From the NCBI GenBank assembly GCA_963677435.1, contig OY781945.1:1984001-2048000 (forward strand): 64,000 nt of DNA. The letters are read 5' to 3'. This DNA is from an uncultured Aliarcobacter sp. Its GTDB lineage: Bacteria > Campylobacterota > Campylobacteria > Campylobacterales > Arcobacteraceae. Positions 1-10,763 of this stretch are shown here, one piece after another; the first letter of the stretch is position 1, and the number at the start of each line of letters is the position of its first letter. The position numbers were made by a program, and so were the translations under genes. The notes below the pieces were generated by a model. The model was not told where the DNA came from. It searched no databases and worked only from the letters and a program-made list of their open reading frames with translations.

Positions 1-1532
1 CAACTTCAATTGTTCAAAGTTCATCAATTATCTCGTTGGTTGTTATCTCTTTTTTATCTGTTGAATTATTAACTTTAGTTCAAGGAATTGGAATAATATT
101 TGGTTCAAACCTTGGAAGTACAACAACAGCTTGGATTGTTTCAAGTTTGGGTGTGGATGTTAAAATCTCTATTTATGCGATGCCAATGATTCTTTTTGGT
201 GTGATTTTTAGATTCTTAAAAAGTAATAGTTATAAAGGTGTAGGAAATGTACTTTTAGGATTAGGATTTATTTTCCTTGGTATTTCTTATATGAAAGATG
301 GTTTTGATACTTTAAAAAATTCTATAGATTTAGCCTCATATTCTATGGAAGGTGTTTTAGGAATCATTATTTATATAATAATTGGAGCCGTTGCAACTGT
401 TGTTATTCAATCAAGTGCAGCAACTTTAGCTATTATAATTACAGCTTTAAGTGCGGGAAGTATTATATATATAAATGCAATTGCCCTTGCAATTGGTGCA
501 AATGTAGGAACAACATTTACAGCAATTTTAGCTTCATTAGCTTCAAATGAAAATGGAAAAAGAGTAGCTTTTGCACACTTTACTTTCAATATTATAACGG
601 GAACTATAATAACTGTATTTATCTATTCATTTAAAGATTTAGTTGATTTTTTAGCTCCTTATTTAGGAATTAGTGAAGACAATTATGCAATGAAATTATC
701 ATTATTTCACACTATATTTAGTTTAGTTGGAATTCTTTTACTTTCTCCATTTATAAATCAAATAGTAAAACTTTCAGAGAAGTTAATCAAGAAAAAAGTA
801 TCAGCTTTTTCAAAACCAAAATATCTTTTGGATTCAAATTTAAGCCTTCCTGATACTGCTATTGTATCAATTAGAAAAGAGACTATTAATCTTTATGAAA
901 GTTGTCAAAAGGCTATGCTTCACGCTTTAAATCTACATACAAGTAATCTAAAAACAAAAGATGATTTGAAAATTCAAATTTCTAAAGAAGCTACAAAAAT
1001 AGATACAAATATTGATGAGATATATAATTCAAATCTAAAAATCATATATAGTGAAATCATAAAATACTCTTCATTTGCCCAAGAAAATATGACAAGTTTT
1101 CAACAAAGAGAAGTTGCTGATATAAAAAGAAGTGCTAAACTTATAGTTGAAGTATTAAAAGATACAAGAGATATTCAAAAAAATGTAAATTTTTATCTAA
1201 AAAGTAAAAATGATTACATCAAACAAGAGTATAATTTATTAAGAGAAGAGTTAGCTACAATTTTAATTGATTTAAATCTGTTAAATGATAGTGAAAATGA
1301 GTTAGAAAAAATGACTCAATTAGAAGTTATCAAATCAACTCTTTTGGCAAATGATTTATCAAATTCTGAAAAAATAGATGCTTTAATTAGAGAAGATAAA
1401 ATCAAGGCTACCATGGCCACTTCGCTTATAAATGATAGTGCAACTGTTTATTCTATTCAGAAAAAGTTAGTTGAAATGGCAAGTATGTTATTTTTAAATA
1501 ATACTCTACTAAAAGAGATAGGAGACACTTAA
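1..1532 (+). CDS. Na/Pi cotransporter family protein (5' end outside window)
   Basis: Repeated QSS/GxNxGxT motifs (QSSAAT, GANVGTT, GSNLGST), many TM segments, helical PhoU-like C-terminus; the frame is open to the window start. Confidence 0.85.
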   Translation, partial: TSIVQSSSIISLVVISFLSVELLTLVQGIGIIFGSNLGSTTTAWIVSSLGVDVKISIYAMPMILFGVIFRFLKSNSYKGVGNVLLGLGFIFLGISYMKDGFDTLKNSIDLASYSMEGVLGIIIYIIIGAVATVVIQSSAATLAIIITALSAGSIIYINAIALAIGANVGTTFTAILASLASNENGKRVAFAHFTFNIITGTIITVFIYSFKDLVDFLAPYLGISEDNYAMKLSLFHTIFSLVGILLLSPFINQIVKLSEKLIKKKVSAFSKPKYLLDSNLSLPDTAIVSIRKETINLYESCQKAMLHALNLHTSNLKTKDDLKIQISKEATKIDTNIDEIYNSNLKIIYSEIIKYSSFAQENMTSFQQREVADIKRSAKLIVEVLKDTRDIQKNVNFYLKSKNDYIKQEYNLLREELATILIDLNLLNDSENELEKMTQLEVIKSTLLANDLSNSEKIDALIREDKIKATMATSLINDSATVYSIQKKLVEMASMLFLNNTLLKEIGDT

Positions 1533-1533
1533 G

Positions 1534-1761
1534 ATGGATCTAAATAAAATCGTTACTAAAATCAAAAAATATCTAAAAAAAGAGAGTTTAGATGAGTCTA
1601 AACAAGAAAAAGTAAAAGAGATAATTGAAAAATTATCTCTTAAAAAAGCAAAATTGAAAAAAGAGCTAAAAGAGGCTCAGAAAGATCACGAAAAAGAAAA
1701 ACTTCAAAAAGAACTTGAAGCTGTAATAAAACTTATTGAAAAAAGTAATACTCTTATTTAA
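1534..1761 (+). CDS. small Lys/Glu-rich coiled-coil hypothetical protein
   Basis: 75-aa ORF directly after the transporter, with GGAG RBS. Confidence 0.65.
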   Translation: MDLNKIVTKIKKYLKKESLDESKQEKVKEIIEKLSLKKAKLKKELKEAQKDHEKEKLQKELEAVIKLIEKSNTLI

Positions 1762-2218
1762 AATCTTTAAAGTTTTGTCTTAAAGCTTCATAAGCTACTA
1801 TTGAAACTGAGTTTGCAATATTTAAACTTCTAGCTTCATTTGTCATAGGAATAGTGATACAAGTTTTTGGACTTTTATCTAAAATAACTTGAGGAAGTCC
1901 GGCATCTTCTCTTCCAAAATAGAAATAATCCCCTACTTCATAACTTGCTTCAAAATAGACTTGTTTTGTTTTTGTTGTTGCTAAAAAGTGTCTATCGTTA
2001 AATGGATTTTTTGCCCAAAAATCTTCAATATTTTCATACTCACGAACATCTAATTCAAACCAATAATCAAGCCCCGCTCTTCGCACTTCTTTTTCTGTAA
2101 TTTCACCAAAACCATAAGGTTTGATTAAATGTAAAGTACAATTTAAAGCAAAGGCAAGTCTACCAATAGTTCCCACATTTCCAGGGATTCGTGGTTCTAA
2201 TAAAACTATATTAAACAT
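1754..2218 (-). CDS. trmL: tRNA (cytidine/uridine-34 2'-O)-methyltransferase, SPOUT family
   Basis: Motifs PRIPGNVGTIGR, RRAGLDYW, FGREDAGL, IPM..RSLNIANS. Confidence 0.93.
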   Translation of the reverse strand: MFNIVLLEPRIPGNVGTIGRLAFALNCTLHLIKPYGFGEITEKEVRRAGLDYWFELDVREYENIEDFWAKNPFNDRHFLATTKTKQVYFEASYEVGDYFYFGREDAGLPQVILDKSPKTCITIPMTNEARSLNIANSVSIVAYEALRQNFKDFK

Positions 2219-3051
2219 TATAAAATTACCGTTTTATTTCCATGAACAAAAACTCTATCATGTAATAACATTTCAAAAGCATTTGAAAGTACAATTTTTT
2301 CTACATTTCTTCCTGCATTTCTCATATCTTCCCAAGAATAACTGTGATCAACTCTTACCACATCTTGGAATATGATTGGACCTTCATCCAAATCACTTGT
2401 AACATAATGTGCAGTTGCTCCAATAATCTTAACACCTCTTTCGTGTGCTTGTTTATATGGATTTGCACCAATAAATGCTGGTAAAAATGAGTGGTGAATA
2501 TTTAAAACTTTTTTAGGGAAAGCATCTACAAATTTTGGAGTTAAGATTCTCATGTATTTTGCAAGAACGATTAATTCAGGTTCATATTCATTAATTTTTG
2601 CAATCATTTTATCTTCATGTTCTTCTCTACTAATTCCCTCAGCACTAATGCAAGTAAAAGGAATATTAAACTTTTCAACCAACTCTTTTAAGTGGTCATG
2701 ATTTGCAATAACTGCTTTAATATTTGCATTTAATTCACCTGCTATATATCTAATCAATAAATCACCTAAAACATGAAACTCTTTTGTTGCTAAAATAACA
2801 ACATCCTTTTTCTCTTTTTTATTTAGTTTGATTGAAGCCCCATCAGGTAAAACTTCTTTTAACTCTTTTAGTAAGATATTTTTAGAAACTTTTCCAGAAA
2901 TAATACTTCTCATAAAAAACTTTTTAGTATCTGGGTCAACATACTCAGCATTTTGCTCGATGTTTAAGTTGTTTGCAAAAAGAACTTTTGAAATATTATA
3001 AACAAGCCCTTTAGCATCTTCCGTGTCAATTAAAAGTATATACTCTTCCAT
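2218..3051 (-). CDS. purU: formyltetrahydrofolate deformylase
   Basis: N-terminal ACT domain; NIHHSFLPAFIGANPY, GVKIIGATAHYVT, LDEGPII. Confidence 0.95.
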   Translation of the reverse strand: MEEYILLIDTEDAKGLVYNISKVLFANNLNIEQNAEYVDPDTKKFFMRSIISGKVSKNILLKELKEVLPDGASIKLNKKEKKDVVILATKEFHVLGDLLIRYIAGELNANIKAVIANHDHLKELVEKFNIPFTCISAEGISREEHEDKMIAKINEYEPELIVLAKYMRILTPKFVDAFPKKVLNIHHSFLPAFIGANPYKQAHERGVKIIGATAHYVTSDLDEGPIIFQDVVRVDHSYSWEDMRNAGRNVEKIVLSNAFEMLLHDRVFVHGNKTVIL

Positions 3052-3131
3052 TTTTATCCTATTTATTATTCAAGCTTAAATTTTTTAAAGCCCGAATAAT
3101 ATCATTTTATTGATTAATAGATAATTTTAGC

Positions 3132-4388
3132 TTATAACATAGAAGCTAATTTTTCTCTATATTTTTCTAAGTCAAACTCTTTAACTCTTGCAACTCCTGA
3201 TTCAACAGCACCATTTGCAACAGCTGCTGATACTTCAACCATCAATCTTTTATCAAATGGAATTGGAATAATGTACTCTCTTCCATAAGTTAACTCTCCA
3301 AAAGAAGCTCTTAATTCATCACTTATTGGCAATTTTGCTAAGTTTGCAATAGCTTGAGCTGCTGCTTTTTTCATATGCATATTTATTGTTCTAGCTTGAA
3401 CATCAAGAGCACCTCTGAAGATGTAAGGGAAACCTAATACATTATTTACTTGATTAGCATAATCTGATCGTCCAGTTCCAACTATAGCCTTTGGTCGCAC
3501 TGCTTTTACTTCTTCTGGGAAAAGTTCTGGTGTTGGATTTGCTAAAGCAAATACAATTGGCTCTTCACTCATAAGTTTTATATGTTCAACTGTAAAAGTT
3601 CCTGGTTTTGATAAACCTAAAACCATATCTGCATCTGTAAATGCCTCTTCCATAGTTGTACAAGAACCTGTAACAAAATTTAATTTATATTTATTTAAAT
3701 CAGTTCTTCCACTATGAACTACACCTTTAGAATCGCACATAATTAGATTTTTAACACCTAATTCTTTGTACATAATAGAACAAGCAATTGCAGCAGCACC
3801 AGCACCTACAACTACTACTTTTAAATCTTCTATTTTTTTATCCATCATTTCAAGTGCATTTAATAAAGCTGCACTTGTAATAATTGCAGTTCCATGTTGG
3901 TCATCATGCATAACTGGGATTTCAAGCTCTTCTACTAATCTTCTTTCAATTTCAAAACATTCAGGTGCTTTTATATCTTCAAGATTTATTCCACCAAATG
4001 TTGGAGAAATAGCTTTTACAATGTCACAAAATTTATTAATATCTGTTTCATCTACTTCAATATCAAATGAATCAACAGCAGCAAATTTCTTGAATAATAC
4101 AGCTTTACCTTCCATTACAGGTTTTGAAGCAAGTGCTCCAATATTTCCAAGTCCTAAAACTGCTGTTCCATTTGAAATAACAGCTACTAAGTTTCTTTTT
4201 GATGTATATTCAAAGGCAAGTGCAGGATCTTTTGCTATCTCTTCACAAGGAAAGGCAACACCTGGAGAATATGCTAAAGATAAATCTTTTTGAGTTTCCA
4301 ATCTTGTTGTAGTTGCAATTGCAACTTTTCCAGGATTTGGAACTCTGTGATAGTTTAATGCTTCTTCTTTAGTAACTTTTGTACTCAT
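3132..4388 (-). CDS. NAD(P)-dependent malic enzyme (no PTA fusion)
   Basis: SLAYSPGVA, NGTAVLGLG, KPVMEGK, INLEDI, HDDQHGTA, GAGAA, TGRSDYANQVNN. Confidence 0.92.
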   Translation of the reverse strand: MSTKVTKEEALNYHRVPNPGKVAIATTTRLETQKDLSLAYSPGVAFPCEEIAKDPALAFEYTSKRNLVAVISNGTAVLGLGNIGALASKPVMEGKAVLFKKFAAVDSFDIEVDETDINKFCDIVKAISPTFGGINLEDIKAPECFEIERRLVEELEIPVMHDDQHGTAIITSAALLNALEMMDKKIEDLKVVVVGAGAAAIACSIMYKELGVKNLIMCDSKGVVHSGRTDLNKYKLNFVTGSCTTMEEAFTDADMVLGLSKPGTFTVEHIKLMSEEPIVFALANPTPELFPEEVKAVRPKAIVGTGRSDYANQVNNVLGFPYIFRGALDVQARTINMHMKKAAAQAIANLAKLPISDELRASFGELTYGREYIIPIPFDKRLMVEVSAAVANGAVESGVARVKEFDLEKYREKLASML

Positions 4389-4661
4389 CGTAATCCTTTT
4401 AAATTATTGTTTTGAAATGAATTTGGGAAATAGTAACAAAAAGAAACTTAAATAAAATAAATTTATAATATTTTTTATTTCCAAGATTATTTTAAGTATA
4501 TTATGTAAAAATTATGTAAGTCTTAAAATTTTATAAATATTTTATATTAATTTTATATTTTTATATTAGAAAAATTTATACTTAATTCAACTCTTAAAAT
4601 TATCATTTCTTATCATCATCTTTTAACTTATTTAATTATTTAATAAAAAAATAAAAAAAAC

Positions 4662-4678
4662 CACTTTTAGGACATTTT
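4662..4678 (+). promoter_or_regulatory. candidate response-regulator box upstream of aspA
   Basis: CACTTTTAGGACATTTT, 16/17 identical to 8675-8691. Confidence 0.6.
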
Positions 4679-4725
4679 TATATATTAGTATTTCGCGAAA
4701 AAATGTAAAATACAAGGAATAAAAA

Positions 4726-6123
4726 ATGCTAACAAGAATAGAACATGATTTAATTGGTGATAAAGAGATTCCAATAGATGCATATTATGGAATTCAAACA
4801 GCAAGAGCAAAAGAAAACTTTGATGCTACAGGAGTAACATTATCAAGTTTTACTACATTTATTACTTCACTTGCTAAAGTAAAAAAAGCTACTGCTTTAG
4901 CAAATTTTGAATTAAATCAATTGGATGAAAAGAAAAAAAATGCAATATGTCAAGCTTGCGATGAGATTGTTGATGGTAAATTCCATGAAGAATTTATAGT
5001 TGATATGATTCAAGGTGGAGCTGGAACTTCTACGAATATGAATACAAATGAAGTTATTGCAAATAGAGCCTTAGAAATTTTAGGACATAAAAAAGGTGAA
5101 TATAAACATCTTCATCCAAATAATGATGTAAATTTATCTCAATCTACAAATGATGTTTATCCAACTGCAATTAAAATCACACTATATGAAAAAATATTTG
5201 AGCTTGTAGATTCTATGAAAATATTAGAAAACTCAATGGCTAAAAAAGCAATTGAATTCCAAAATGTAATAAAAATGGGAAGAACACAACTTCAAGATGC
5301 TGTTCCTATGACTTTAGGACAAGAGTTTAATACTTATGCAATCACAATTGATGATGACATTCAAAGATTAATAGAATGCCAACAATTAATAAGACAGATG
5401 AATCTTGGAGCAACTGCTATTGGAACGGGAATTAATTCTCATCCCCAATATGTAAAAATTGTAGAGCGAAAACTACAAGAAGTTACAAATAGACCTTTTA
5501 TTACTGCAAAAGATTTAGTTGAATCAACACAAGATACAGGAGCATTTGTTCAAATTTCAGGTGTTTTAAAAAGAGTATCAGCAAAATTATCAAAAATATG
5601 TAATGACTTAAGACTTTTAAGTTCAGGTCCTAGAACGGGATTTAATGAGATAAACCTTCCAGCAATGCAACCAGGAAGTTCAATAATGCCTGGAAAAGTA
5701 AACCCAGTAATTCCTGAAATGGTAAATCAAATAGCTTATCAAGTTATTGGAACAGATGTTACTATTACAATGGCTAGTGAAGGTGGACAATTACAATTAA
5801 ATGTTTTTGAACCAATTATTGCATATAACTTATTTAATTCAATAAATATGCTGAAAAAAGGTTTTGAGAGTCTAGCTTATAAATGTATAGATGGAATTAC
5901 TGCAAATGAGTTAAGATGTGAAGAGTTAGTATTAAATAGTATTGGACTTGTTACTGCACTTAATCCATATATTGGATATGAAAATTCAACAATGGTTGCA
6001 AAAATAGCTTTAAATAGTAATAAATCTGTTTATGATGTTGTTTTAGAAAAAAACTTATTATCAAAAGAAGAATTAGATAGAATTATACAACCACAAAATA
6101 TGATAAGACCAATCGCATATTAA
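4726..6123 (+). CDS. aspA: aspartate ammonia-lyase
   Basis: GGAGTSTNMN, HPNNDVNLSQSTND, KMGRTQLQDAVP, GSSIMPGKVNP signature. Confidence 0.93.
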   Translation: MLTRIEHDLIGDKEIPIDAYYGIQTARAKENFDATGVTLSSFTTFITSLAKVKKATALANFELNQLDEKKKNAICQACDEIVDGKFHEEFIVDMIQGGAGTSTNMNTNEVIANRALEILGHKKGEYKHLHPNNDVNLSQSTNDVYPTAIKITLYEKIFELVDSMKILENSMAKKAIEFQNVIKMGRTQLQDAVPMTLGQEFNTYAITIDDDIQRLIECQQLIRQMNLGATAIGTGINSHPQYVKIVERKLQEVTNRPFITAKDLVESTQDTGAFVQISGVLKRVSAKLSKICNDLRLLSSGPRTGFNEINLPAMQPGSSIMPGKVNPVIPEMVNQIAYQVIGTDVTITMASEGGQLQLNVFEPIIAYNLFNSINMLKKGFESLAYKCIDGITANELRCEELVLNSIGLVTALNPYIGYENSTMVAKIALNSNKSVYDVVLEKNLLSKEELDRIIQPQNMIRPIAY

Positions 6124-6131
6124 ATCAAGTT

Positions 6132-6162
6132 AAACAAGAAGTTAATCTTCTTGTTTTATTTT
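6132..6162 (+). terminator. intrinsic terminator-like hairpin after aspA
   Basis: AAACAAGAAG-ttaat-CTTCTTGTTT followed by T-rich tract. Confidence 0.65.
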
Positions 6163-6182
6163 TTTAAACTTAGGACAATTTA

Positions 6183-8018
6183 ATGCCAATAAAAGCTTTT
6201 TTATTAATAGTATTGTTCTTTTTTAACTATTCATTTGCAAATAATTCAGATAATAAATCTCATATATTAATTATTAATTCCTATCACAAAGGTTTTCAAT
6301 GGAGTGATGAACTTATTTCTGGCCTTGAGAAAGTAATCAATAATGATAAAAATGTTGAAACAACTATTCTTTATATGGATTCAAAAAGAATATCTTCAAG
6401 TGAGTACTATGAGGAATTAAAAAACCTTTATAAACTTCAATTAAACAATAGAAAATATGATTTAGTCTTGCTTGTAGATAAATTTGCTTATGAATTTGCA
6501 CTTAAAAATTATAGTGAACTTTTTAAAAACAATGAAAAATTAATATTTACAGGTATTGAACAATATGACCCTTTATTAGTTGAAAAGTCTGGTTTAACTG
6601 GTAAAATCTCTGGAATAATAGAAAAAAGAGCTATTTCTGATATTGTAAATATTATAAATAAAATGATGCCAAAATTAAAAAAACTATATATTATAAATGA
6701 TTTTAGTAAAAATGGTGATGATTCAGATATTGCTATACGAAATGCTATTAATCTAAATAATAACTTAGAAGTTGAATATATTAGATATTCAACAATAGAT
6801 GAACTTAAAAAGAAATTCTCAACATACAAAAAAGATGAAGCAATATTTTTTGTGCGTTTTTATAATAACAAAAATCAAGAATTACATACAAATCAAGAGA
6901 TTGCATCAATGATTAACTCTTTTGAATTACCTACATTTTCTACAGATTCATTATTTATTGCAAAAGGCTCAGTTGGAGGGAAACTTGTATTAGTTGAGAA
7001 CTTAGGAAAAAGTACTGGAAATTTACTCTTAGAACTTTTAAATGATAAAGATGCAAAACCTATTATAAAAACATACAATAATTATTCATATATTTTTGAT
7101 TATGAAAAATTAAAGAAATTTGATTTAAATACAGATTTTCTAAAGAAAAAAGTTACCTTTGTAAATGTGCCTTTATCTTTTTTGGATAAAAATAGAAGTT
7201 TAGTAAATGCTGTATTTATTATCTCCCCTATTCTACTTTTTTTTATTATTCTTTTATTTTATAATCTACAACTACAAATAAAAAATACAAAACATCAAGA
7301 ATTTATAATCCAACAATCAAAACTTGCAGAAATTGGAGAAATAATCTCATCAATTGCCCACCAATGGAAAGAACCATTAATTGAAATATCTACTTTAGTT
7401 CAAGAACATGTAGCTTCAAGTAAAAAAACAGAAGAAGAAGAGGAGAAATATCTAAAAGATATTATGTTTCAGATTTATTATATGACAGATACGATAAATG
7501 ATTTTCAAGATTTTATAAAACCCTCAACTAAAAAAACTCACTTTGATATAAAAGATGCCATTATAAAAATGATGCATATTGTTGAACATAATATAAAATA
7601 TAGTTATATTGATATAAATATCAATTTTCAAGAAGAGACACAACTTATTGTTTTGGGTTATAACAATGAATTAATGCAAAGTCTTTTAAATATTGTAAAT
7701 AATGCTAAAGATTCAATAATCAAACAAAGAGTATCAAACAAAAAATTTAAAGGTCTAATAAATATAGATATTTTCAAAAAAACACAATATGTTCAAATAG
7801 AAATAAGTGATAATGGTGGAGGAATAGATAAAAAAGATATGAAAAAGATTTTTGATCCATACTACTCAACAAAGGAAAAAGGACATGGAATTGGACTTTA
7901 TATGACCAAGGTAATTATTGAGGATAAAATGGAAGGTTCGATTTATGCTGTAAATAAAAATGATGGTGCAACTTTTATAATAAAACTGAGGTTAGAAAAT
8001 GAAAATTTTAGTTCTTGA
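6183..8018 (+). CDS. sensor histidine kinase with periplasmic substrate-binding-like domain
   Basis: Signal peptide, large periplasmic domain, TM segment, H-box IAHQWKEP, N-box NIVNNAKD, DNGGG and GHGIGL G-boxes. Confidence 0.9.
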   Translation: MPIKAFLLIVLFFFNYSFANNSDNKSHILIINSYHKGFQWSDELISGLEKVINNDKNVETTILYMDSKRISSSEYYEELKNLYKLQLNNRKYDLVLLVDKFAYEFALKNYSELFKNNEKLIFTGIEQYDPLLVEKSGLTGKISGIIEKRAISDIVNIINKMMPKLKKLYIINDFSKNGDDSDIAIRNAINLNNNLEVEYIRYSTIDELKKKFSTYKKDEAIFFVRFYNNKNQELHTNQEIASMINSFELPTFSTDSLFIAKGSVGGKLVLVENLGKSTGNLLLELLNDKDAKPIIKTYNNYSYIFDYEKLKKFDLNTDFLKKKVTFVNVPLSFLDKNRSLVNAVFIISPILLFFIILLFYNLQLQIKNTKHQEFIIQQSKLAEIGEIISSIAHQWKEPLIEISTLVQEHVASSKKTEEEEEKYLKDIMFQIYYMTDTINDFQDFIKPSTKKTHFDIKDAIIKMMHIVEHNIKYSYIDININFQEETQLIVLGYNNELMQSLLNIVNNAKDSIIKQRVSNKKFKGLINIDIFKKTQYVQIEISDNGGGIDKKDMKKIFDPYYSTKEKGHGIGLYMTKVIIEDKMEGSIYAVNKNDGATFIIKLRLENENFSS

Positions 8019-8640
8019 AGATAATGAAAATTTATGTAATTTTATAAAAACATCTTTAGAAAAAGAGGGTTATGGAATTGATACATTTTATGATGGTGAA
8101 GATGCTTTAGAAGTTTTGAACAACGGTTATAGTTGTTTTATATTGGATATAAATGTGGCTTCTATTGATGGCATATCTATATTAAAAACTATTCGTATGT
8201 ATAGTAAAGATATTCCAGTAATCATTATAAGTTCAAATCATGAACTAGAAAAGATACAAGCTTCTTATGAATTAGGCTGTGATGATTATTTAAAAAAACC
8301 ATTTTTGATGTATGAATTAATCCAAAAAGTAAAAAAACTTTGTCAAATAAAACAACAACTATTTGATTTTACAAATGATTTTATATATGACTATGATAAT
8401 AGAAATCTAAAAGGTCCAAATGGTGAAATAAAACTTGCAAAAAAAGAGATACTTTTTCTAGAGCTACTTTGTAAAAACCCAACAAGAATATTCTCTTTTG
8501 AAGAGATTGAAAACTATGTATGGGAAGGAGAAGAAACAACTTTAATTAATATAAGAGGTTTAGTAAAGCGTCTTCGAAAAAAAATTCCTGAAAATGCAAT
8601 AAGTATTGTTAAAGGCATAGGATATAAATTAAATCTTTAA
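7999..8640 (+). CDS. OmpR-family response regulator
   Basis: ILVLED, LD, KP receiver motifs; C-terminal wHTH ending in VKGIGY. Confidence 0.9.
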   Translation: MKILVLEDNENLCNFIKTSLEKEGYGIDTFYDGEDALEVLNNGYSCFILDINVASIDGISILKTIRMYSKDIPVIIISSNHELEKIQASYELGCDDYLKKPFLMYELIQKVKKLCQIKQQLFDFTNDFIYDYDNRNLKGPNGEIKLAKKEILFLELLCKNPTRIFSFEEIENYVWEGEETTLINIRGLVKRLRKKIPENAISIVKGIGYKLNL

Positions 8641-8674
8641 AATAGTAAATCTTCTTTAAAAAAGCTCTAAACAT

Positions 8675-8691
8675 CACTTTTAGGTCATTTT
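8675..8691 (+). promoter_or_regulatory. candidate response-regulator box upstream of the symporter
   Basis: CACTTTTAGGTCATTTT, near-identical to 4662-4678. Confidence 0.6.
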
Positions 8692-8731
8692 AACTTCTTA
8701 AAATATTTTTAATATAAATTAAGGAGAGAAA

Positions 8732-10000
8732 ATGTCAAGTGTATGGAAAAATATCCCATTATGGCAAAAGATTCTAGGAGCATTAGTTCTAGGACTTATT
8801 ACAGGAATCGTTTTTGGTGAAAGTGCTCAAATATTAAAACCACTTGGAACACTATTTATTAATCTTATTAAGATGCTAATTGTGCCATTAGTTTTTGTTA
8901 CATTAGTAACTGGTATTATTGCAATGGAAGATTTAAAAAAAATGAGAAGAGTTGGAATTAAAACATTTCTAATCTATATTGTAACTACTGCTATTGCTAT
9001 TACTATTGGATTAATAGTTGGTATTGTTTTAGAACCAGGTGCAGGTGTGACATTAGATGCTGCAAAAAATATAGCTGTAACAAAAGCGCCAGCTTTAATA
9101 GATACACTATTAAATATCATCACTAAAAATCCTTTTTCAAGTTTTGCAAATGGTGATATATTACAAATTATCTTTTTTGCAATTATTCTGGGTGTTTCTA
9201 TCAATCTATCTGGTGATAAAGGCGAACCTGCAAAAAAATTCTTTAATTCTATTGCAGAAGCTATGTATAAAATGACTGAAATTGTAATGGGATTTGCACC
9301 ATTTGGAGTTTTTGCTTTAATGGCTTGGGTTTCTGCTTCTTATGGAATGGATGTATTATTAAGTTTAGGAAAAGTTATATTTGCTGTGTATTTAGCTTCT
9401 GTTATTCATCTATTATTTACAATTGGTGGAGCAATATCTATTTTTGCAAAACTAAATCCTATTAGATTCTTTAAAGGTATTGTAGCTGCTCAAACTGTTG
9501 CCTTTACAACAACAAGTAGTTCAGGAACATTACCAATCACTACGCAAAACTGTGTTAAAAACCTAGGTGTTTCAAAACCAGTAGCTAGTTTTGTTTTACC
9601 TCTTGGTGCAACTATAAATATGGATGGAACTGCACTTTATCAAGGTGTTTGTGCAATGTTTGTCGCTCAAGCATTTGGAATTCAATTAGGAATGCAAGAA
9701 TATATGATGATTATTCTAACTTCAACTTTAGCATCTATTGGAACAGCAGGAGTTCCAGGAGCTGGACTTATAATGCTTACATTAGTTTTAACATCTGTTG
9801 GATTACCAATTGAAGGTGTTGCAATAATTGCAGGAATCGATAGAATCTTAGATATGGCAAGAACAACTGTTAATGTAACAGGTGACGCTATGACTTCTGT
9901 ATTAATAGCAAAAAGTGAAAATGAGCTTGATGAAGAGATTTATAATGGTCATAAAGAACATGAAGAAGAGTTTATAGAAGTACAAACTGTAAAAGCTTAA
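8732..10000 (+). CDS. dicarboxylate/amino acid:cation symporter (DAACS, GltP/DctA family)
   Basis: TTSSSGTLP, LPLGATINMDGT, GTAGVPG, GIDRILDMARTTVNVTGD. Confidence 0.93.
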   Translation: MSSVWKNIPLWQKILGALVLGLITGIVFGESAQILKPLGTLFINLIKMLIVPLVFVTLVTGIIAMEDLKKMRRVGIKTFLIYIVTTAIAITIGLIVGIVLEPGAGVTLDAAKNIAVTKAPALIDTLLNIITKNPFSSFANGDILQIIFFAIILGVSINLSGDKGEPAKKFFNSIAEAMYKMTEIVMGFAPFGVFALMAWVSASYGMDVLLSLGKVIFAVYLASVIHLLFTIGGAISIFAKLNPIRFFKGIVAAQTVAFTTTSSSGTLPITTQNCVKNLGVSKPVASFVLPLGATINMDGTALYQGVCAMFVAQAFGIQLGMQEYMMIILTSTLASIGTAGVPGAGLIMLTLVLTSVGLPIEGVAIIAGIDRILDMARTTVNVTGDAMTSVLIAKSENELDEEIYNGHKEHEEEFIEVQTVKA

Positions 10001-10028
10001 ATATAAAGAGGAAAAACCTCTTTATATT
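10000..10028. terminator. bidirectional terminator-like hairpin
   Basis: AATATAAAGAGG-aaaaa-CCTCTTTATATT between convergent genes. Confidence 0.7.
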
Positions 10029-10695
10029 ATTTTACGATAATTCCTGCAAATCTTCCTGTTTTATTATCTTTTCTATAAGAGAAAAATGGTTCATCTGAAC
10101 ACTTCGTACAAACTTCTGATATTCGAATATTTCTAATTCCCACTTCTTCTAAAAGTTTTACATTGATTCCATGTAAATCTATATTTCTGCCTTTACAAAA
10201 TTTTTCTCCAAATGATGTTTTAACGATTCGAGCTAACTCCTCACTTACTTCATAACAACACTCATGAATACTTGGTCCCATAATTACTTTTATATTATTT
10301 GCATAACATCCTAACTCGTTCATCATTTTATTTGCTGTGATTTGTGCAATCTTTAAAAAAGTAGAATTTCTTCCAGCATGAACCGCTGCAATTACACCTT
10401 GTATCTCATCAAAAAACAAAATTGGAATACAATCAGCCACCATAACCATAAGTGGTAAATCTTTTTCTTTTGTAATTAATCCATCACAATTATCTATAAG
10501 TTTTGATGAGTTTTTATCTACTATTACTACATTATTTCCATGAATTTGATTCATATAAACCAAATCTTCATTTTTATAATCCATTTTTAAAGCTACAGCT
10601 TCTCTATTTTTGTCAACATTTTCTTTTATATCATTTACATGATAAGCTAAATTTCCATCTTCAGTTGTTGTAAAATAGTATTTAATTTGATTCAT
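10027..10695 (-). CDS. pgeF: peptidoglycan editing factor / YfiH-family purine nucleoside phosphorylase
   Basis: QIHG, DGLIT, ADCIP, HAG, GPSI..CCYEV, FFSYR motifs. Confidence 0.9.
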   Translation of the reverse strand: MNQIKYYFTTTEDGNLAYHVNDIKENVDKNREAVALKMDYKNEDLVYMNQIHGNNVVIVDKNSSKLIDNCDGLITKEKDLPLMVMVADCIPILFFDEIQGVIAAVHAGRNSTFLKIAQITANKMMNELGCYANNIKVIMGPSIHECCYEVSEELARIVKTSFGEKFCKGRNIDLHGINVKLLEEVGIRNIRISEVCTKCSDEPFFSYRKDNKTGRFAGIIVK

Positions 10696-10763
10696 AATTG
10701 CTCTTTTATTTGCTTTTGATATAATTTAGCGAAATATTAATGATTAATTGTTTAAGGATAGAT

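Noticed and set aside
1754..2218. Link between trmL and the tRNA-Leu features
   Set aside because: 54 kb apart; trmL is in an ordinary housekeeping context
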